The position numbers and the translations under genes were made by a program. DNA of 45,470 nt from Planctomycetota bacterium (lineage in GTDB: Bacteria > Planctomycetota > PUPC01), in contig JBDREM010000124.1 of assembly GCA_043819695.1 (NCBI GenBank), positions 1-45,470 on the forward strand, written 5' to 3'. Of the stretch, positions 21,951 through 42,031 are shown one piece after another. How positions within the stretch are numbered: the stretch's first letter is position 1; every line of letters starts with the position of its first letter. The notes under the pieces are model-generated. The model made no database searches, had not been told where the DNA came from, and saw only the letters and a list, made by a program, of their open reading frames with translations.

Positions 21951-22292
21951 TTACGTGGCGGCCTCGATGGGCTCGCCGCATTTCTTGCAGACGCGCGTCG
22001 CCTTGCCGTCGGCGATCTTCCGCTCCGGCCGCGTCGCTGATTCGCACCTGGTGCAGTACAGGGCCACGTTCGAGATGTCCACCGGGGCTTCCTTGCGGAT
22101 GATGCCGCCGCGGGGGTAATCGCGGTTGGTGTTGGCCCGGACGTGCTTGTGCTTGACGTTCACGCCCTCGATGATGACCATGCCTTTCTTGTGGAAGACC
22201 TTGAGCACGCGCGCGGTCGAGCCCTTCCGCGCGGCGGTGGCGCCGCTGAAATCCTTGAGAAGCACCACGGTGTCGTTCTTGCGTATCAGCAT
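21951..22292 (-). CDS. rplX: 50S ribosomal protein L24
   Basis: IEGVNVKHKH and GGIIRKEAPVDISNV motifs; position between rplN and rplE. Confidence 0.95.
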   Translation of the reverse strand: MLIRKNDTVVLLKDFSGATAARKGSTARVLKVFHKKGMVIIEGVNVKHKHVRANTNRDYPRGGIIRKEAPVDISNVALYCTRCESATRPERKIADGKATRVCKKCGEPIEAAT

Positions 22293-22301
22293 TTGCTGTT
22301 C

Positions 22302-22670
22302 CTACACCACCTCGGTGGCGAGCGAGATGATTTTCATGAAGTTCATCGCTCGCAGCTCGCGGGGGACGGCTCCGAAGATGCGCGTCCCGCGCGGGTTCTT
22401 GTCGTCGCCGATGATGACGACCGCGTTGCTGTCGAACTTGACGTACGAGCCGTCGGGCCGGCCGAGGCCCTTCTTGCTCCGCACGATGACGCCGCGTACT
22501 ACTTCGCCCTGCTTGATCGGCGCGTTCGGAGCGGCTTTCTTCACGCTGAGGACGACGATGTCGCCGATGTTTGCATAACGCCGGCGGGTCCCGCCGAGCA
22601 CCTTGATGCAGGCGACGCGCTTGGCCCCGCTGTTGTCGGCAACGTCCAGTCTGGTCTCGGTCTGAATCAT
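22302..22670 (-). CDS. rplN: 50S ribosomal protein L14
   Basis: VADNSGAK and PRGTRIFG motifs. Confidence 0.98.
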   Translation of the reverse strand: MIQTETRLDVADNSGAKRVACIKVLGGTRRRYANIGDIVVLSVKKAAPNAPIKQGEVVRGVIVRSKKGLGRPDGSYVKFDSNAVVIIGDDKNPRGTRIFGAVPRELRAMNFMKIISLATEVV

Positions 22671-22673
22671 CGC

Positions 22674-22940
22674 TTACTCTTCGTGTCCCTGTTCCAGTAT
22701 CTCGACGAGCCGCCAACGTTTGGTCTTGCTGAGTGGCCGCGTGGCCGCAATCCTGACGCGGGCGCCGACGCGCGCCTCGTTGTTCTCGTCGTGCGCCTTG
22801 AACATCTGGTGCGTGCGTATCGTCTTGCGGTAAAGCTCGTGCTGCACCCTGTGGACCGTCTGGACGGCGATGGTCTTGTCCATCGACGCGCTGGTGACGG
22901 TTCCGATGACGGTTTTCGCTGCTTTTCGCTGTTTGCTCAT
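22674..22940 (-). CDS. rpsQ: 30S ribosomal protein S17
   Basis: MDKTI, KAHDENN and RPLSKTKRW motifs. Confidence 0.96.
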   Translation of the reverse strand: MSKQRKAAKTVIGTVTSASMDKTIAVQTVHRVQHELYRKTIRTHQMFKAHDENNEARVGARVRIAATRPLSKTKRWRLVEILEQGHEE

Positions 22941-23185
22941 GTGTCAGCCGCCTCTTCTTTTCCGGCCGGGGCCTCCGGCGCGGCCTCGACGGCGTGGCCG
23001 CGGCGGCGCTCGGCGAGGATCGTGCGGAGTCGCGCGATGTCTTTGCGCGTGTTCATCAGGTCTGCCGGGCTGTCCAGGTTCTGTGTCGTCCGCTGGAAAT
23101 GCAGGTTGAAGAGCCTCTGCATGGCGGTCTCCAACTCGTTGAGCAGCTCGGTGTCGGACAGTGCTCGGATTTCCGCGGGCTTCAC
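22937..23185 (-). CDS. rpmC: 50S ribosomal protein L29
   Basis: GTG start overlapping the rplP stop; KPAEIR...LFNLHFQ...RKDIARLRTIL. Confidence 0.93.
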   Translation of the reverse strand: MKPAEIRALSDTELLNELETAMQRLFNLHFQRTTQNLDSPADLMNTRKDIARLRTILAERRRGHAVEAAPEAPAGKEEAADT

Positions 23186-23601
23186 CAGGCGTGTCTCCTG
23201 TGGACAAACTTGGTCTTGACCGGAAGTTTGTGCGCGGCACGGTTGAACGCCTGAATCGCGGCGTCCTCGGGCACGCCGCCGATCTCGAAGATGATGGTGC
23301 CGGGCTTGACCTCGACCACCCAGAACTCGGGCTCGCCCTTGCCTTTGCCCATTCGGGTCTCCGGCGGCCGCGCGGTCACGGGCTTGTGGGGAAAGACCCG
23401 AATCCACAGCCGGCCCTCGCGCGAGAGGAAGTGCGACACGGCCACGCGGCCGGCTTCGAGCTGCCGGGCCGTGACCCAGCCGGGCTGGAGACACTGGAGA
23501 CCGTAGTCGCCGAATGCCACGTAGTGGCCGCGGGAGGCCTTGCCTCTGATCCGCCCGCGTTGAACCTTGCGGTGCTTGACTCTCTTGGGCATCAGGGGCA
23601 T
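23182..23601 (-). CDS. rplP: 50S ribosomal protein L16
   Basis: WIRVFPHKP and RMGKGKG motifs. Confidence 0.97.
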   Translation of the reverse strand: MPLMPKRVKHRKVQRGRIRGKASRGHYVAFGDYGLQCLQPGWVTARQLEAGRVAVSHFLSREGRLWIRVFPHKPVTARPPETRMGKGKGEPEFWVVEVKPGTIIFEIGGVPEDAAIQAFNRAAHKLPVKTKFVHRRHAW

Positions 23602-24284
23602 CAGCCGGTCCCTCCTGCAGGTCCCTGGTCAGGCGGGCCGGCGGGCTTGCTGGACCGCGGGGGCCGGGGGCCGTTGTACACCCAGACCTTGACGCCGATG
23701 GTGCCGGACTTCGTGACGCAGGTTGTGAAGCCGTAGTCTATGTCGGCGTCGAGCGTGTGGAGCGGGATCATTCCACTTACCGTCCGCTCGCGCCGCCGCA
23801 TCTCGGCCCCGCCGAGGCGGCCGGACAGCTCGATCTTGACGCCCAGCGCTCCCAGTTGGGTGGCGGTGTCGGCCGCTTTTTTCATCGCGCGGCGGAACGA
23901 CGACCGCTTCTTAAGCTGCTCCGAGATCGCCTGGCCGATGAGCGTCGCGTCCAGCTCGGGCTTGTCGACCTCCTTGATCTCGATGTGGATCGCGCAGTCA
24001 GCCACCTCTTCGAGCTCGCCGCGGAGCCGGTCGACCTCCTGCCCCTTCCGCCCGATGATCACGCCGGGCCGGGCGCAGTGCAGGGTGACGCGGGCCTCGC
24101 CGCCCGTCCGCTCGATGTCGATGCGCGGGATGCCGGCGAACGCGTATTGCTTCTGGACATGCTTCCGGATCTTTTGGTCTGAGACGAGCATGTCGCCGAA
24201 GTGCTTCTTGTCCGCATACCAGAGGCTCCGCCAGGTCTGGTTGATGCCCAGGCGAAACGAGATGGGGTTGACTTTCTGGCCCAC
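23601..24284 (-). CDS. rpsC: 30S ribosomal protein S3
   Basis: MGQKVNP, RPGVIIGRKG, SGRLGGAEM and PLHTL motifs. Confidence 0.97.
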   Translation of the reverse strand: MGQKVNPISFRLGINQTWRSLWYADKKHFGDMLVSDQKIRKHVQKQYAFAGIPRIDIERTGGEARVTLHCARPGVIIGRKGQEVDRLRGELEEVADCAIHIEIKEVDKPELDATLIGQAISEQLKKRSSFRRAMKKAADTATQLGALGVKIELSGRLGGAEMRRRERTVSGMIPLHTLDADIDYGFTTCVTKSGTIGVKVWVYNGPRPPRSSKPAGPPDQGPAGGTG

Positions 24285-24285
24285 G

Positions 24286-24627
24286 CTAGTTACCTCGGTC
24301 TGACAGAATGATCGTGATGTGGCAGCTTCGCTTGATGATCGGGCGCGCGCGGCCGCGGTCGCCGGGCCGCATGCGGCTGAGCGACGGGCCCTGGTCGACC
24401 GCGGCGGACGCGACGAAGAAATCGGCTTCGTCGAGCCGGCCGCCGGTTTCGATGGCGTTGGCCCAGGCCGACTTGACGACCTTCTCGATGAGGCGCGCCG
24501 ACCGCTGCGGGCTCACGCGAAGCGTGTCGAGCGCCGCTGGAAGCCGCATCTTCTTGATGAGCTTCGCCATGGGCCGCACCTTCGTCGGCGATACCCGGGC
24601 GAACTTGTGTCTGGCTGTTGCTTCCAC
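24286..24627 (-). CDS. rplV: 50S ribosomal protein L22
   Basis: SPTKVR, KSAWANA and RGRA...KRSCHIT motifs. Confidence 0.96.
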   Translation of the reverse strand: MEATARHKFARVSPTKVRPMAKLIKKMRLPAALDTLRVSPQRSARLIEKVVKSAWANAIETGGRLDEADFFVASAAVDQGPSLSRMRPGDRGRARPIIKRSCHITIILSDRGN

Positions 24628-24633
24628 GTTTTC

Positions 24634-24897
24634 TTACCTGTTGCCCGAATGACTCTTGAACGTACGCGTCAGCGCGAACTCGCCTAAACGATGGCCGACC
24701 ATGTTCTCCGTCACGTAAACCTTGGCGAACGTGCGCCCGTTATGCACCAGGAACGTGAACCCGACGAAGTCTGGGATGATGACGGACGCGCGCGACCACG
24801 TCTTGATGGGCTCGATGCTGCCGGCGGCCTCGGCCTTCGACACCTTGATCAGGAGTTTCTCGGCCACGTAGGGCCCTTTTTTTACCGATCGCGACAT
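24634..24897 (-). CDS. rpsS: 30S ribosomal protein S19
   Basis: RSVKKGP, KTWSRAS and MVGHRLGEF motifs. Confidence 0.97.
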   Translation of the reverse strand: MSRSVKKGPYVAEKLLIKVSKAEAAGSIEPIKTWSRASVIIPDFVGFTFLVHNGRTFAKVYVTENMVGHRLGEFALTRTFKSHSGNR

Positions 24898-24918
24898 GTC
24901 AGTTCCTCATCGGGTCTC

Positions 24919-25752
24919 TCATCTGGATTTCGAGCGGCGCCGCACGATGAAGTTGTTCGAAACCGCCCTCTTGTTGCGCGTTTTTCCGCCTTTTGCGTGT
25001 TTGCCCCAGGGCGAGACGGGCGGGCGTCCGCCGCCGCCGCGGCCCTCGCCGCCGCCCATCGGGTGGGCGACGGGGTTCATCGCCGAGCCGCGTACCTTCG
25101 GCCGGCGGCCCAGCCAACGGTTGCGACCGGCCTTCCCGATCTTTATCGTCGAGTGCTCGAAGTTCCCGAGCTGCCCGATCGTGCACAGGCATTTCAGGTT
25201 GACCCTGCGTATCTCGCCCGACGGCAGTGTGATGAGGGCGTAGGCCCCCTCCTTCGCCGACACGGTCGCTGAGGTGCCCGCTCCGCGGACGAGCTTGCCG
25301 CCGGCGCCTGGAACGAGCTCGATGTTGTGCACCGGCATTCCGGGCGGGACGTTCGCGAGCGGGAGGGCGTTGCCGGGCTTCGGCTCGGCGTCGGGCCCCG
25401 CTATCACCTGCTGCCCGACCAGCAGGCCTTTCGGGGCGAGTATGTAGCGCTTGTCGCCGTCCGCGTAGTGCAGCAGGGCAATTCGGGCGCCCCGGTTCGG
25501 GTCATACTCGATCGCGGCTACCTTGGCCGGCACGCCGAATTTGTTGCGCTTGAAGTCGATGATGCGGTAGCGGCGCTTGTGCCGGCCGCCGCGGCGCCGG
25601 CTCGTCATGCGGCCGTTGCTGTTGCGGCCGCCCGTCTTGTTAAGTGACGTGGTCAGCGACTTCTCGGGCTTCGACTTCGTGATTTCGGCGAAGTCCGAGT
25701 ATGTCATTTGCCGCTGGCCGGGCGTCGTCGGTTTGCGTTTCTTTATGCCCAT
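24919..25752 (-). CDS. rplB: 50S ribosomal protein L2
   Basis: IEYDPNR and [13 protein letters not shown] motifs; ATG 25752. Confidence 0.98.
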   Translation of the reverse strand: MGIKKRKPTTPGQRQMTYSDFAEITKSKPEKSLTTSLNKTGGRNSNGRMTSRRRGGRHKRRYRIIDFKRNKFGVPAKVAAIEYDPNRGARIALLHYADGDKRYILAPKGLLVGQQVIAGPDAEPKPGNALPLANVPPGMPVHNIELVPGAGGKLVRGAGTSATVSAKEGAYALITLPSGEIRRVNLKCLCTIGQLGNFEHSTIKIGKAGRNRWLGRRPKVRGSAMNPVAHPMGGGEGRGGGGRPPVSPWGKHAKGGKTRNKRAVSNNFIVRRRSKSR

Positions 25753-25754
25753 GG

Positions 25755-26060
25755 TTACCGTAGCTCGATTCTGTGGCCTTCTCTGAGCGTGACGATCGCC
25801 TTCTTCCATTCCGGGGTCCGCGTCTGGCCGCCGCGGCGCGTGCGGCGGAGCTTGCTGCGGCGGCAGAGCGTGTTGACCGATTTCACCTTGACGTTGAAGA
25901 TGGCCTCGACCGCCTGGCGGATCTCGGGCTTCGTGGCGCGCCGCGCGACTTTGAACGTATAGGCGTTGTGCGGCTCGCCCTTCTCGTTTTGATCATCCGA
26001 AAGCTGTGTGCTCTTCTCGGTGATGACGGGCAGAAGGATGACTTTGCGCGGATCGTCCAT
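25755..26060 (-). CDS. rplW: 50S ribosomal protein L23
   Basis: [17 protein letters not shown] and WKKAIVTL motifs. Confidence 0.96.
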   Translation of the reverse strand: MDDPRKVILLPVITEKSTQLSDDQNEKGEPHNAYTFKVARRATKPEIRQAVEAIFNVKVKSVNTLCRRSKLRRTRRGGQTRTPEWKKAIVTLREGHRIELR

Positions 26061-26707
26061 TACACTTCACCTGCTGCGGCGTTGTCGTTCTTGAACTGCT
26101 CGACCACGCTCTCGAGCGCGCGGCGCGTGACGACGAGGTCGCGCGGCTTGAGCAGGTCATACGCATTTACGTCCCGGACGCGCTTGATCGTGACGCCGGG
26201 GATGTTGCGGACGGACTTGACGACGGGGCCGGACGAGCCGAATGTGGCGATGAGGCACGTCCCCCGGACGCCGAGGTTCCGGAGCATACTGGCGATCTCG
26301 GCCGTCTTGGGGGCGTCGAGCTTTATGTCGTCGACCACGCGGGTCGCGGTCTGAAGCTTGTCGAGGTAGGCGCTCTTGAGGGCGGCAAGCCGGGCTTTCT
26401 TCGGGATCGAGTATCTGAAGCTGCGCGGGTGGGGGCCGTGGGCAACGCCGCCGCCCCGCTGGTGGGGCGCCTGCCCCGAGCCCTGACGCGCTCGGCCGGT
26501 GCCCTTCTGGCGGTATGCCTTCTTGCGCGAGCCGCTCACATCGGCGCGGTTCTTCGCCGAGCCCGTGCCCGAACGGCCGCTTGCGCGGTACATGAGGACG
26601 GCCTCGCGAAGGACGGGCCGGTTCACGGTGCTGCCGAAGACGGCCTCGTCGATCTTGAGCGAGTCCACCTTCTCGCCGTTCGTGTTGTAGATGTCCAGTT
26701 CCAACAT
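26060..26707 (-). CDS. rplD: 50S ribosomal protein L4
   Basis: [12 protein letters not shown] and RGGGVAHGP motifs; ATG 26707. Confidence 0.96.
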   Translation of the reverse strand: MLELDIYNTNGEKVDSLKIDEAVFGSTVNRPVLREAVLMYRASGRSGTGSAKNRADVSGSRKKAYRQKGTGRARQGSGQAPHQRGGGVAHGPHPRSFRYSIPKKARLAALKSAYLDKLQTATRVVDDIKLDAPKTAEIASMLRNLGVRGTCLIATFGSSGPVVKSVRNIPGVTIKRVRDVNAYDLLKPRDLVVTRRALESVVEQFKNDNAAAGEV

Positions 26708-26709
26708 AT

Positions 26710-27021
<312 letters not shown>

Positions 27022-27139
27022 CAGCCTCCTCCAGAGAGACGCATCCAAAAAAATTCACGTCCGGCACGGATTATACCGAGACGGCTGCCCCGCAGGTGGA
27101 CGGTGTTAAGTTCCGTCCCCAGAACGGGAAAAGGCTGCT

Positions 27140-27167
27140 ATTATAGACCGGAAAAAGAGGTCGTCAA
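27140..27167 (-). promoter_or_regulatory. Putative sigma70 promoter of the S10 operon
   Basis: TTGACG (27167-27162), 16-nt spacer, TATAAT (27145-27140). Confidence 0.7.
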
Positions 27168-27215
27168 GCAAAAAACGACATGCGCGGCGGCATGTTTTCA
27201 GAAATTTGCCGGGGC

Positions 27216-29273
<2,058 letters not shown>

Positions 29274-29284
29274 AGCAGTAATTC

Positions 29285-29355
29285 TCGGCGTTCGGCGTCC
29301 GGCGTTCAGGGTTCCTCGCACAGCGAGCACCGAACCGCCGACGCCGACCGGCGCC
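29285..29355. repeat. Inverted heptamer-repeat element (TCGGCGT type)
   Basis: TCGGCGT TCGGCGT CCGGCGT TCAGGGT, a CTCGC-ACA-GCGAG core, then CACCGAA CCGCCGA CGCCGA. Confidence 0.6.
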
Positions 29356-29365
29356 CTATGTGCCG

Positions 29366-29396
29366 CGAGCCGATCACAAGTTCTGCGATCGGCTCG
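29366..29396. other. 10-bp perfect hairpin between rpsG and fusA
   Basis: CGAGCCGATC...GATCGGCTCG; no U-tract follows on the coding strand. Confidence 0.5.
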
Positions 29397-29417
29397 ACTT
29401 ATGTTTTCTCTGCGGGC

Positions 29418-29891
29418 TCACCACGCGAAGTGGGCAAAGGCCTTGTTGGCCTCGGCCATCTTGTGCACGTTCTCGCGGACAGTGATGGCGGCGCCTTCGT
29501 GGTTGTACGCGGCGATCAATTCCGCGGCCAGGTTCTCGTACATGGGCTTGCCCTTGCGCTTGCGGACCGCGTCGCGGATCCACCGGATCGCGAGGCTGAG
29601 TTGGCGCTTGGTGGTGACGGGCGTGGGCACTTGGTATGTGGCGCCGCCGACACGCTTCGCGCGAACCTCGACCTCGGGCTTGACGTTGGCAATCGCCGCC
29701 TCAAAGACCTCGAGCGGCTCCGTCCCCTGGACCCTCTCGCCGATGATGTCCAGGGCTTTGTACAATATGCGCTCGGCCACGCTTTTCTTGCCTTGGAGCA
29801 TGAAGTTGTTGATGAACTTTGTCACCAGCAGGCTTTTGTATCTCACGTCCGGCTTCATGAACCGTTCGGTCGACTCAAACTTCTTCGACAT
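29418..29891 (-). CDS. rpsG: 30S ribosomal protein S7
   Basis: GKKSVAE, RVGGATYQVP and HKMAEANKAFAHF motifs; ATG 29891 preceded by GAGGTG. Confidence 0.97.
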   Translation of the reverse strand: MSKKFESTERFMKPDVRYKSLLVTKFINNFMLQGKKSVAERILYKALDIIGERVQGTEPLEVFEAAIANVKPEVEVRAKRVGGATYQVPTPVTTKRQLSLAIRWIRDAVRKRKGKPMYENLAAELIAAYNHEGAAITVRENVHKMAEANKAFAHFAW

Positions 29892-29901
29892 GTTCACCTC
29901 G

Positions 29902-30007
29902 TATTCGTTATCGGTTATTCGTTCGTTCGTTGCTCGGGCGGTTACCGGCGGCCCGGTCTGCCCGGCGGCCCGCACAACGAAGAACGAACAGCGAGTAACT
30001 AGTAACG
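29902..30007. repeat. Inverted heptamer-repeat element (TTATTCG family), copy 2
   Basis: TATTCGTTATCGGTTATTCG at 29902-29921 is identical to 12075-12094; right arm CAACGAAGAACGAACAGCGAGTAACTAGTAACG. Confidence 0.8.
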
Positions 30008-30014
30008 GCCTCTC

Positions 30015-30386
30015 CTATTTGGGCCGCTTGGCGCCGTACTTGGAGCGGCTGCGGCGGCGGTCGTCGACGCCGCTCGCGTCGAGTGTGCCCCGGATGATGT
30101 GATAGCGCACACCGGGCAGATCGCGCACCCTGCCGCCGCGGACGAGCACGATCGAGTGCTCCTGGAGGTTGTGCCCCTCGCCCGGGATATACGCGGTGAT
30201 CTCGCGCCCGTTGGTCAGGCGGACCCTCGCGATCTTCCGCAGGGCCGAGTTCGGCTTCTTGGGCGTGCGGGTCATCACCTGCAGGCAAACGCCTTTCCTC
30301 TGGGGGCACTTCTCCAGGTCAGGGCGCTTTTGCTTCTTCTTGATCTGTTTGCGCCCCTTCCGGACGAGTTGGTTCAGCGTCGGCAT
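30015..30386 (-). CDS. rpsL: 30S ribosomal protein S12
   Basis: [24 protein letters not shown] and RSKYG motifs. Confidence 0.98.
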   Translation of the reverse strand: MPTLNQLVRKGRKQIKKKQKRPDLEKCPQRKGVCLQVMTRTPKKPNSALRKIARVRLTNGREITAYIPGEGHNLQEHSIVLVRGGRVRDLPGVRYHIIRGTLDASGVDDRRRSRSKYGAKRPK

Positions 30387-30404
30387 GCGGTATGTCTCCT
30401 TTGG

Positions 30405-35048
<4,644 letters not shown>

Positions 35049-35065
35049 ATCACGCCTCCGGTGTG

Positions 35066-35218
35066 GAATGACGAATGACGAAGCCCCAACGACGAGTCAA
35101 TGAGGAAATCCGAATGACGAATGGGGGCCCGCTCCCCCGCCGGCACGCGAGGCACGCTTGCCCATTCGACATTGCGCCATTCGACATTGATTCGTCATTC
35201 GTCATTGGGCATTCGCCA

Positions 35219-35220
<2 letters not shown>
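35066..35220. repeat. Long inverted heptamer-repeat element (GAATGAC/GTCATTC) filling the rpoB-rpoC spacer
   Basis: Left arm GAATGACGAATGACGAA...CGAATGACGAATGGG; right arm CCCATTCGACATT...TTCGTCATTCGTCATT. Confidence 0.85.
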
Positions 35221-38950
<3,730 letters not shown>

Positions 38951-38973
38951 CTACGGTCTCCGCAGGACCTTCT

Positions 38974-39058
38974 TCAGTGTTCGCGGCTCCGTTCTTGGTG
39001 TTCGGGGGCCGCCTTGCGGCCGCTGCGAGCACCGACACACCTGACACCGAGAACCCGA
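38974..39058. repeat. Degenerate inverted heptamer element between rplL and rpoB
   Basis: TCAGTGT...TTGGTGTTCG, a GGCCGC-CTT-GCGGCC core, then CGAGCACCGA...GACACCGA GAACCCGA. Confidence 0.5.
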
Positions 39059-39059
39059 T

Positions 39060-39476
39060 CTACTTGATCTCGACCTTCGCGCCGACCTCTTCGAGAGCGG
39101 CCTTCATCTTGTCGGCCTCTTCCTTGTCGACGCCTTCGCCGACCGGCTTGGGAGCGCCGTCGACGAGCGCCTTCGCTTCCTTGAGGCCGAGCGAGGTGAG
39201 CTGGCGCACGACCTTGATCGTCTGCAGCTTCTGCTCGCCGGCGGCCTTCAGGATGACGTCGAATGTGCTCGGGGCCTCCTCGGCGGCAGCGGCCTCGCCC
39301 CCGGCAGCGGGCCCGGCGGCAACGGCGGCGGGCGCCGCGGCCGTCACGCCGAACTTGTCCTCGGCGGCCTTGACAAACTCCGACAGCTCGAGGACCGTCA
39401 TGCCCGATATCAACTCGAGCACCTCGGCCACCTTCCCGGTGGGTCCGGTGGCGGCGGTTGTGGCTTCTTTAGACAT
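39060..39476 (-). CDS. rplL: 50S ribosomal protein L7/L12
   Basis: [16 protein letters not shown] and [14 protein letters not shown] motifs; ATG 39476. Confidence 0.97.
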   Translation of the reverse strand: MSKEATTAATGPTGKVAEVLELISGMTVLELSEFVKAAEDKFGVTAAAPAAVAAGPAAGGEAAAAEEAPSTFDVILKAAGEQKLQTIKVVRQLTSLGLKEAKALVDGAPKPVGEGVDKEEADKMKAALEEVGAKVEIK

Positions 39477-39478
39477 CC

Positions 39479-40081
39479 CTAGTTCTCCTTTCCTTCGGAT
39501 TCGGTTTGCTGCCCCTCGATAGGCTCGGGGCGGTGAGCGTCGTCGAACTGCTTCGCCAGCGCGTCGGCCAGGCCGGCGATCTGCCGGAGAAGGCCCTGGC
39601 ACAGGCCGAGAAGCGAGGTGATGGGCGCGGCGATCATTCCGACCACCTGGCCCATCAACACGGGTTTGGGCGGGATCTTGGCCAGCTCGGCCACGGCGTC
39701 CGCAGGTAATGGGCGACCTGACAGCACCCCGCCTTTGAACTTCAACAGGCTTTCTTTCTTGCTCCACTCGGCGAGCGTCCGCACGAGGGCGACCGGGTCG
39801 GCGGCGCCGTACGCCATGCCCGTCGGGCCCGAGAGGCATTCGCCGACCGGGCCCCTGAGGAGCTCCGTCATGTTCTCGTTGTTTGCGAGCGCCCGCCGGG
39901 CGAGCGACGTCTTGACGACCGTGAAGGCGGCGGCGGCGCCGCACGCCGATTGAATCTGGTTCCGCAGCTCGGCCGCCTTCCGCCCGCTCAGGCCGGTGAA
40001 GTCGACGAAGACGCACGTGTCGACGTCTTGGAATCGCTCGCTTAGTTCCTTGGCAACCAGTTGGTTCAGTCTGCTCGGCAT
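39479..40081 (-). CDS. rplJ: 50S ribosomal protein L10
   Basis: [25 protein letters not shown] and LAKIP motifs; position between rplA and rplL. Confidence 0.94.
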   Translation of the reverse strand: MPSRLNQLVAKELSERFQDVDTCVFVDFTGLSGRKAAELRNQIQSACGAAAAFTVVKTSLARRALANNENMTELLRGPVGECLSGPTGMAYGAADPVALVRTLAEWSKKESLLKFKGGVLSGRPLPADAVAELAKIPPKPVLMGQVVGMIAAPITSLLGLCQGLLRQIAGLADALAKQFDDAHRPEPIEGQQTESEGKEN

Positions 40082-40095
40082 CGCGTTCCTCGGTC

Positions 40096-40192
40096 TTCGT
40101 TATCCGTTATTCGTTGAATCGTCATTCGTGTTTCTTCGGGCGGGCCCGCTGCCGTGCCGCGCCGCTTTCCGATTAACGATTAACGAATAACC
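40096..40192. repeat. Inverted heptamer-repeat element (TTATTCG family), copy 3
   Basis: Left arm TTCGTTATCCGTTATTCGTTGAATCGTCATTCG; right arm CGATTAACGATTAACGAATAACC. Confidence 0.8.
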
Positions 40193-40205
40193 AATTCCAC
40201 GCTCC

Positions 40206-40883
40206 TTACATCGCGACCTTGACGCCCGGCCCCATCGTGGCGGCCAGCGTGATTCCCTTGATGTACTTGCCCTTCGCCGTCGACGGCTTCGAACGGTGAA
40301 TCTGGTCCATGAGGGCCCCGACGTTCGCCGCGAGGTCCTCTATGGAGAACGATTTCTTGCCGACCGGCGCGTGCACGTTGCCGCTGGCGTCGAGCCGGTA
40401 CTCGATCTTGCCCGCGGCGAACTCGGCCACCGCGTTCACAATGTCTTCGGTCACCGTGCCGCTTTTCGGCGACGGCATGAGGCCCTTCGGGCCGAGCGTG
40501 CGGCCGAGCTTGCCGACGAACTGCATCGTGGACGGCGCGGCCACGGCGACGTCGAAGTCGAACCAGCCGCCGCTGATCTTCTCGGCAAGGTTCTCGCCGC
40601 CGGCCTCGATCGCGCCCGCGGCCTTGGCCGCCTCGACCTGGTCCGGCGGGCAGAAGGCGACAACGCGGAGCGACTTGCCCGTGCCCTTGGGCAGCGAGAT
40701 GGTGCCCCGAAGGGCCTGGTCGGCCTTCTTTGCGTCGAGCCCCGTATGGATGGAGATCTCGATGGTCTCGTCGAACTTCGCCGCCGGCTGCGCCTTGATC
40801 AGCCCGAGCGCCTCGGGAAGCCCATACTCCTTCGCAGGGTCGATGGCTTCCGCGGCTTGGCGATATCTCTTGCTCTTCGTCAT
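40206..40883 (-). CDS. rplA: 50S ribosomal protein L1
   Basis: KFDETIE, LGPKGLMPSPKSGTV and TMGPG motifs. Confidence 0.97.
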   Translation of the reverse strand: MTKSKRYRQAAEAIDPAKEYGLPEALGLIKAQPAAKFDETIEISIHTGLDAKKADQALRGTISLPKGTGKSLRVVAFCPPDQVEAAKAAGAIEAGGENLAEKISGGWFDFDVAVAAPSTMQFVGKLGRTLGPKGLMPSPKSGTVTEDIVNAVAEFAAGKIEYRLDASGNVHAPVGKKSFSIEDLAANVGALMDQIHRSKPSTAKGKYIKGITLAATMGPGVKVAM

Positions 40884-40897
40884 TATCCCTTTCCCGC

Positions 40898-40994
40898 TCG
40901 TAATCTCAATCGTAATCCTGACCGCCCGTTCGCACGGCGAGCACGATCAGGATTAGGGTTGCGGCCGAAGGCCGCGTTAGGAGTGCGATTACGA
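40898..40994. repeat. Inverted hexamer-repeat element with a nested REP-like hairpin
   Basis: TCGTAATC/GATTACGA and TAATCCTGA/TCAGGATTA inverted pairs; CGTAAT-CTCAAT-CGTAAT period; GCGGCC-GAA-GGCCGC hairpin at 40961-40975. Confidence 0.7.
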
Positions 40995-41001
40995 CATCGC
41001 G

Positions 41002-41427
41002 TCACTCCACAATTCTGATGCCCATGCTGCGGGCGCTGCCCTCGATCTGCCTGACCGCGCACGCCGGGTCGTCCGTGTTAAGGTCCGCCATCTTCTCCTT
41101 GGCGATGTTCTCGATCTGCGCGCGTGTGACCTGGCCGACCGAGTCCTTGTTCGGCACGCCCGACCCCTTGACGATGTTGGCGGCTTTCTTCAGCAGGACG
41201 GCGGTCGGCGGCTTGAGCACGCGGAAAACGAAGGACTTGTCCTTGTAGACCGTCAGCTCGACCGTCACCGTCGTGCCTTGCATCTGACGGGTCCGGTCGT
41301 TGAAATCCTTGCAGAACGCGCCGGGGTTGAGGTTCCGGGGGCCGAGCGCAACGCCGACCGGCGGGCCCGGCGTGGCCTGCCCGGCGGGCACCTGCATCCG
41401 GAAAACTTCAACGATCTCTTTCGCCAT
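41002..41427 (-). CDS. rplK: 50S ribosomal protein L11
   Basis: ATPGPPVG.ALG, FCKDFN and GSARSMG motifs. Confidence 0.97.
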   Translation of the reverse strand: MAKEIVEVFRMQVPAGQATPGPPVGVALGPRNLNPGAFCKDFNDRTRQMQGTTVTVELTVYKDKSFVFRVLKPPTAVLLKKAANIVKGSGVPNKDSVGQVTRAQIENIAKEKMADLNTDDPACAVRQIEGSARSMGIRIVE

Positions 41428-41486
41428 AACCTTGTGCTCCGCTCAACAGGTCCGACAAGACCTGTACGACTTATCAGGCCGGTCAG

Positions 41487-42014
41487 TCACGATTTCTCGA
41501 CCTGCCAGTATTCGAGCTCGACGGGCGTGGGGCGGCCGAAAATCGTCACCGCCACGCGCAGCAGGCCCTTGTCGTGTATCACTTCCTGGACGACGCCGTC
41601 GAAGTTCTTGAACGCGCCCTCGGTGATCTTGACGTTGTCGCCCGACTCGAAATCGATCTTGATCGTCGGCGCCTCTTCCTTGCTCTCGGCCTCGGCCGTG
41701 ACCTTCTCGACCTCCTTGTCGCTCAGCGGGACGGCCGCGCCGCTGGTCCCGAGAAAGTCCCCGATGCCCGGGCAGTTCTTCACGACCGCCAGCGCCTCCT
41801 CGCTCAGTTCCATCTCCACGAAGATGTAGCCGGGGTAGATCTTGTGCTCGGACGTCACCTTCTTCCCGGCCTTGATCTCCGAGACGGTCTCAGTGGGCAC
41901 GAGGGCGGCGGAGATCTGCTCTTCGATGCCCGCGGCCCGAACGCGCGTCAGCAGCCCGTCGCGAACGCTTTCCTCGCGATTCGTCTGCACCCGCAGCACG
42001 TACCACTGCTTCAC
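41487..42014 (-). CDS. nusG: Transcription termination/antitermination factor NusG
   Basis: WYVL, YPGYIFVEM, a KOW motif and IFGRPTPVELEY. Confidence 0.97.
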   Translation of the reverse strand: MKQWYVLRVQTNREESVRDGLLTRVRAAGIEEQISAALVPTETVSEIKAGKKVTSEHKIYPGYIFVEMELSEEALAVVKNCPGIGDFLGTSGAAVPLSDKEVEKVTAEAESKEEAPTIKIDFESGDNVKITEGAFKNFDGVVQEVIHDKGLLRVAVTIFGRPTPVELEYWQVEKS

Positions 42015-42031
42015 GTTTCGCCCTCGATCAC

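Noticed and set aside
21385-22716. Over-long ORF-track starts for rplE, rpmJ, rpmC, rplL, rpsG, fusA and tuf
   Set aside because: The extensions run through other genes, tRNAs or repeat elements; SD sequences and homology support the shorter starts.
29366-29410. Hairpin between rpsG and fusA as an intrinsic terminator
   Set aside because: The T-run lies on the non-coding side and is separated from the stem; no U-tract follows in the direction of transcription.
40082-40205. Canonical L10 leader upstream of rplJ
   Set aside because: I could not recognise its conserved core, and the space is occupied by the heptamer element; an Rfam scan is needed to exclude it.
41446-41465. 7-bp hairpin ACAGGTC/GACCTGT between nusG and rplK as a terminator or L1 site
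   Set aside because: There is no U-tract and no recognisable L1-binding motif, so it is too short to call.
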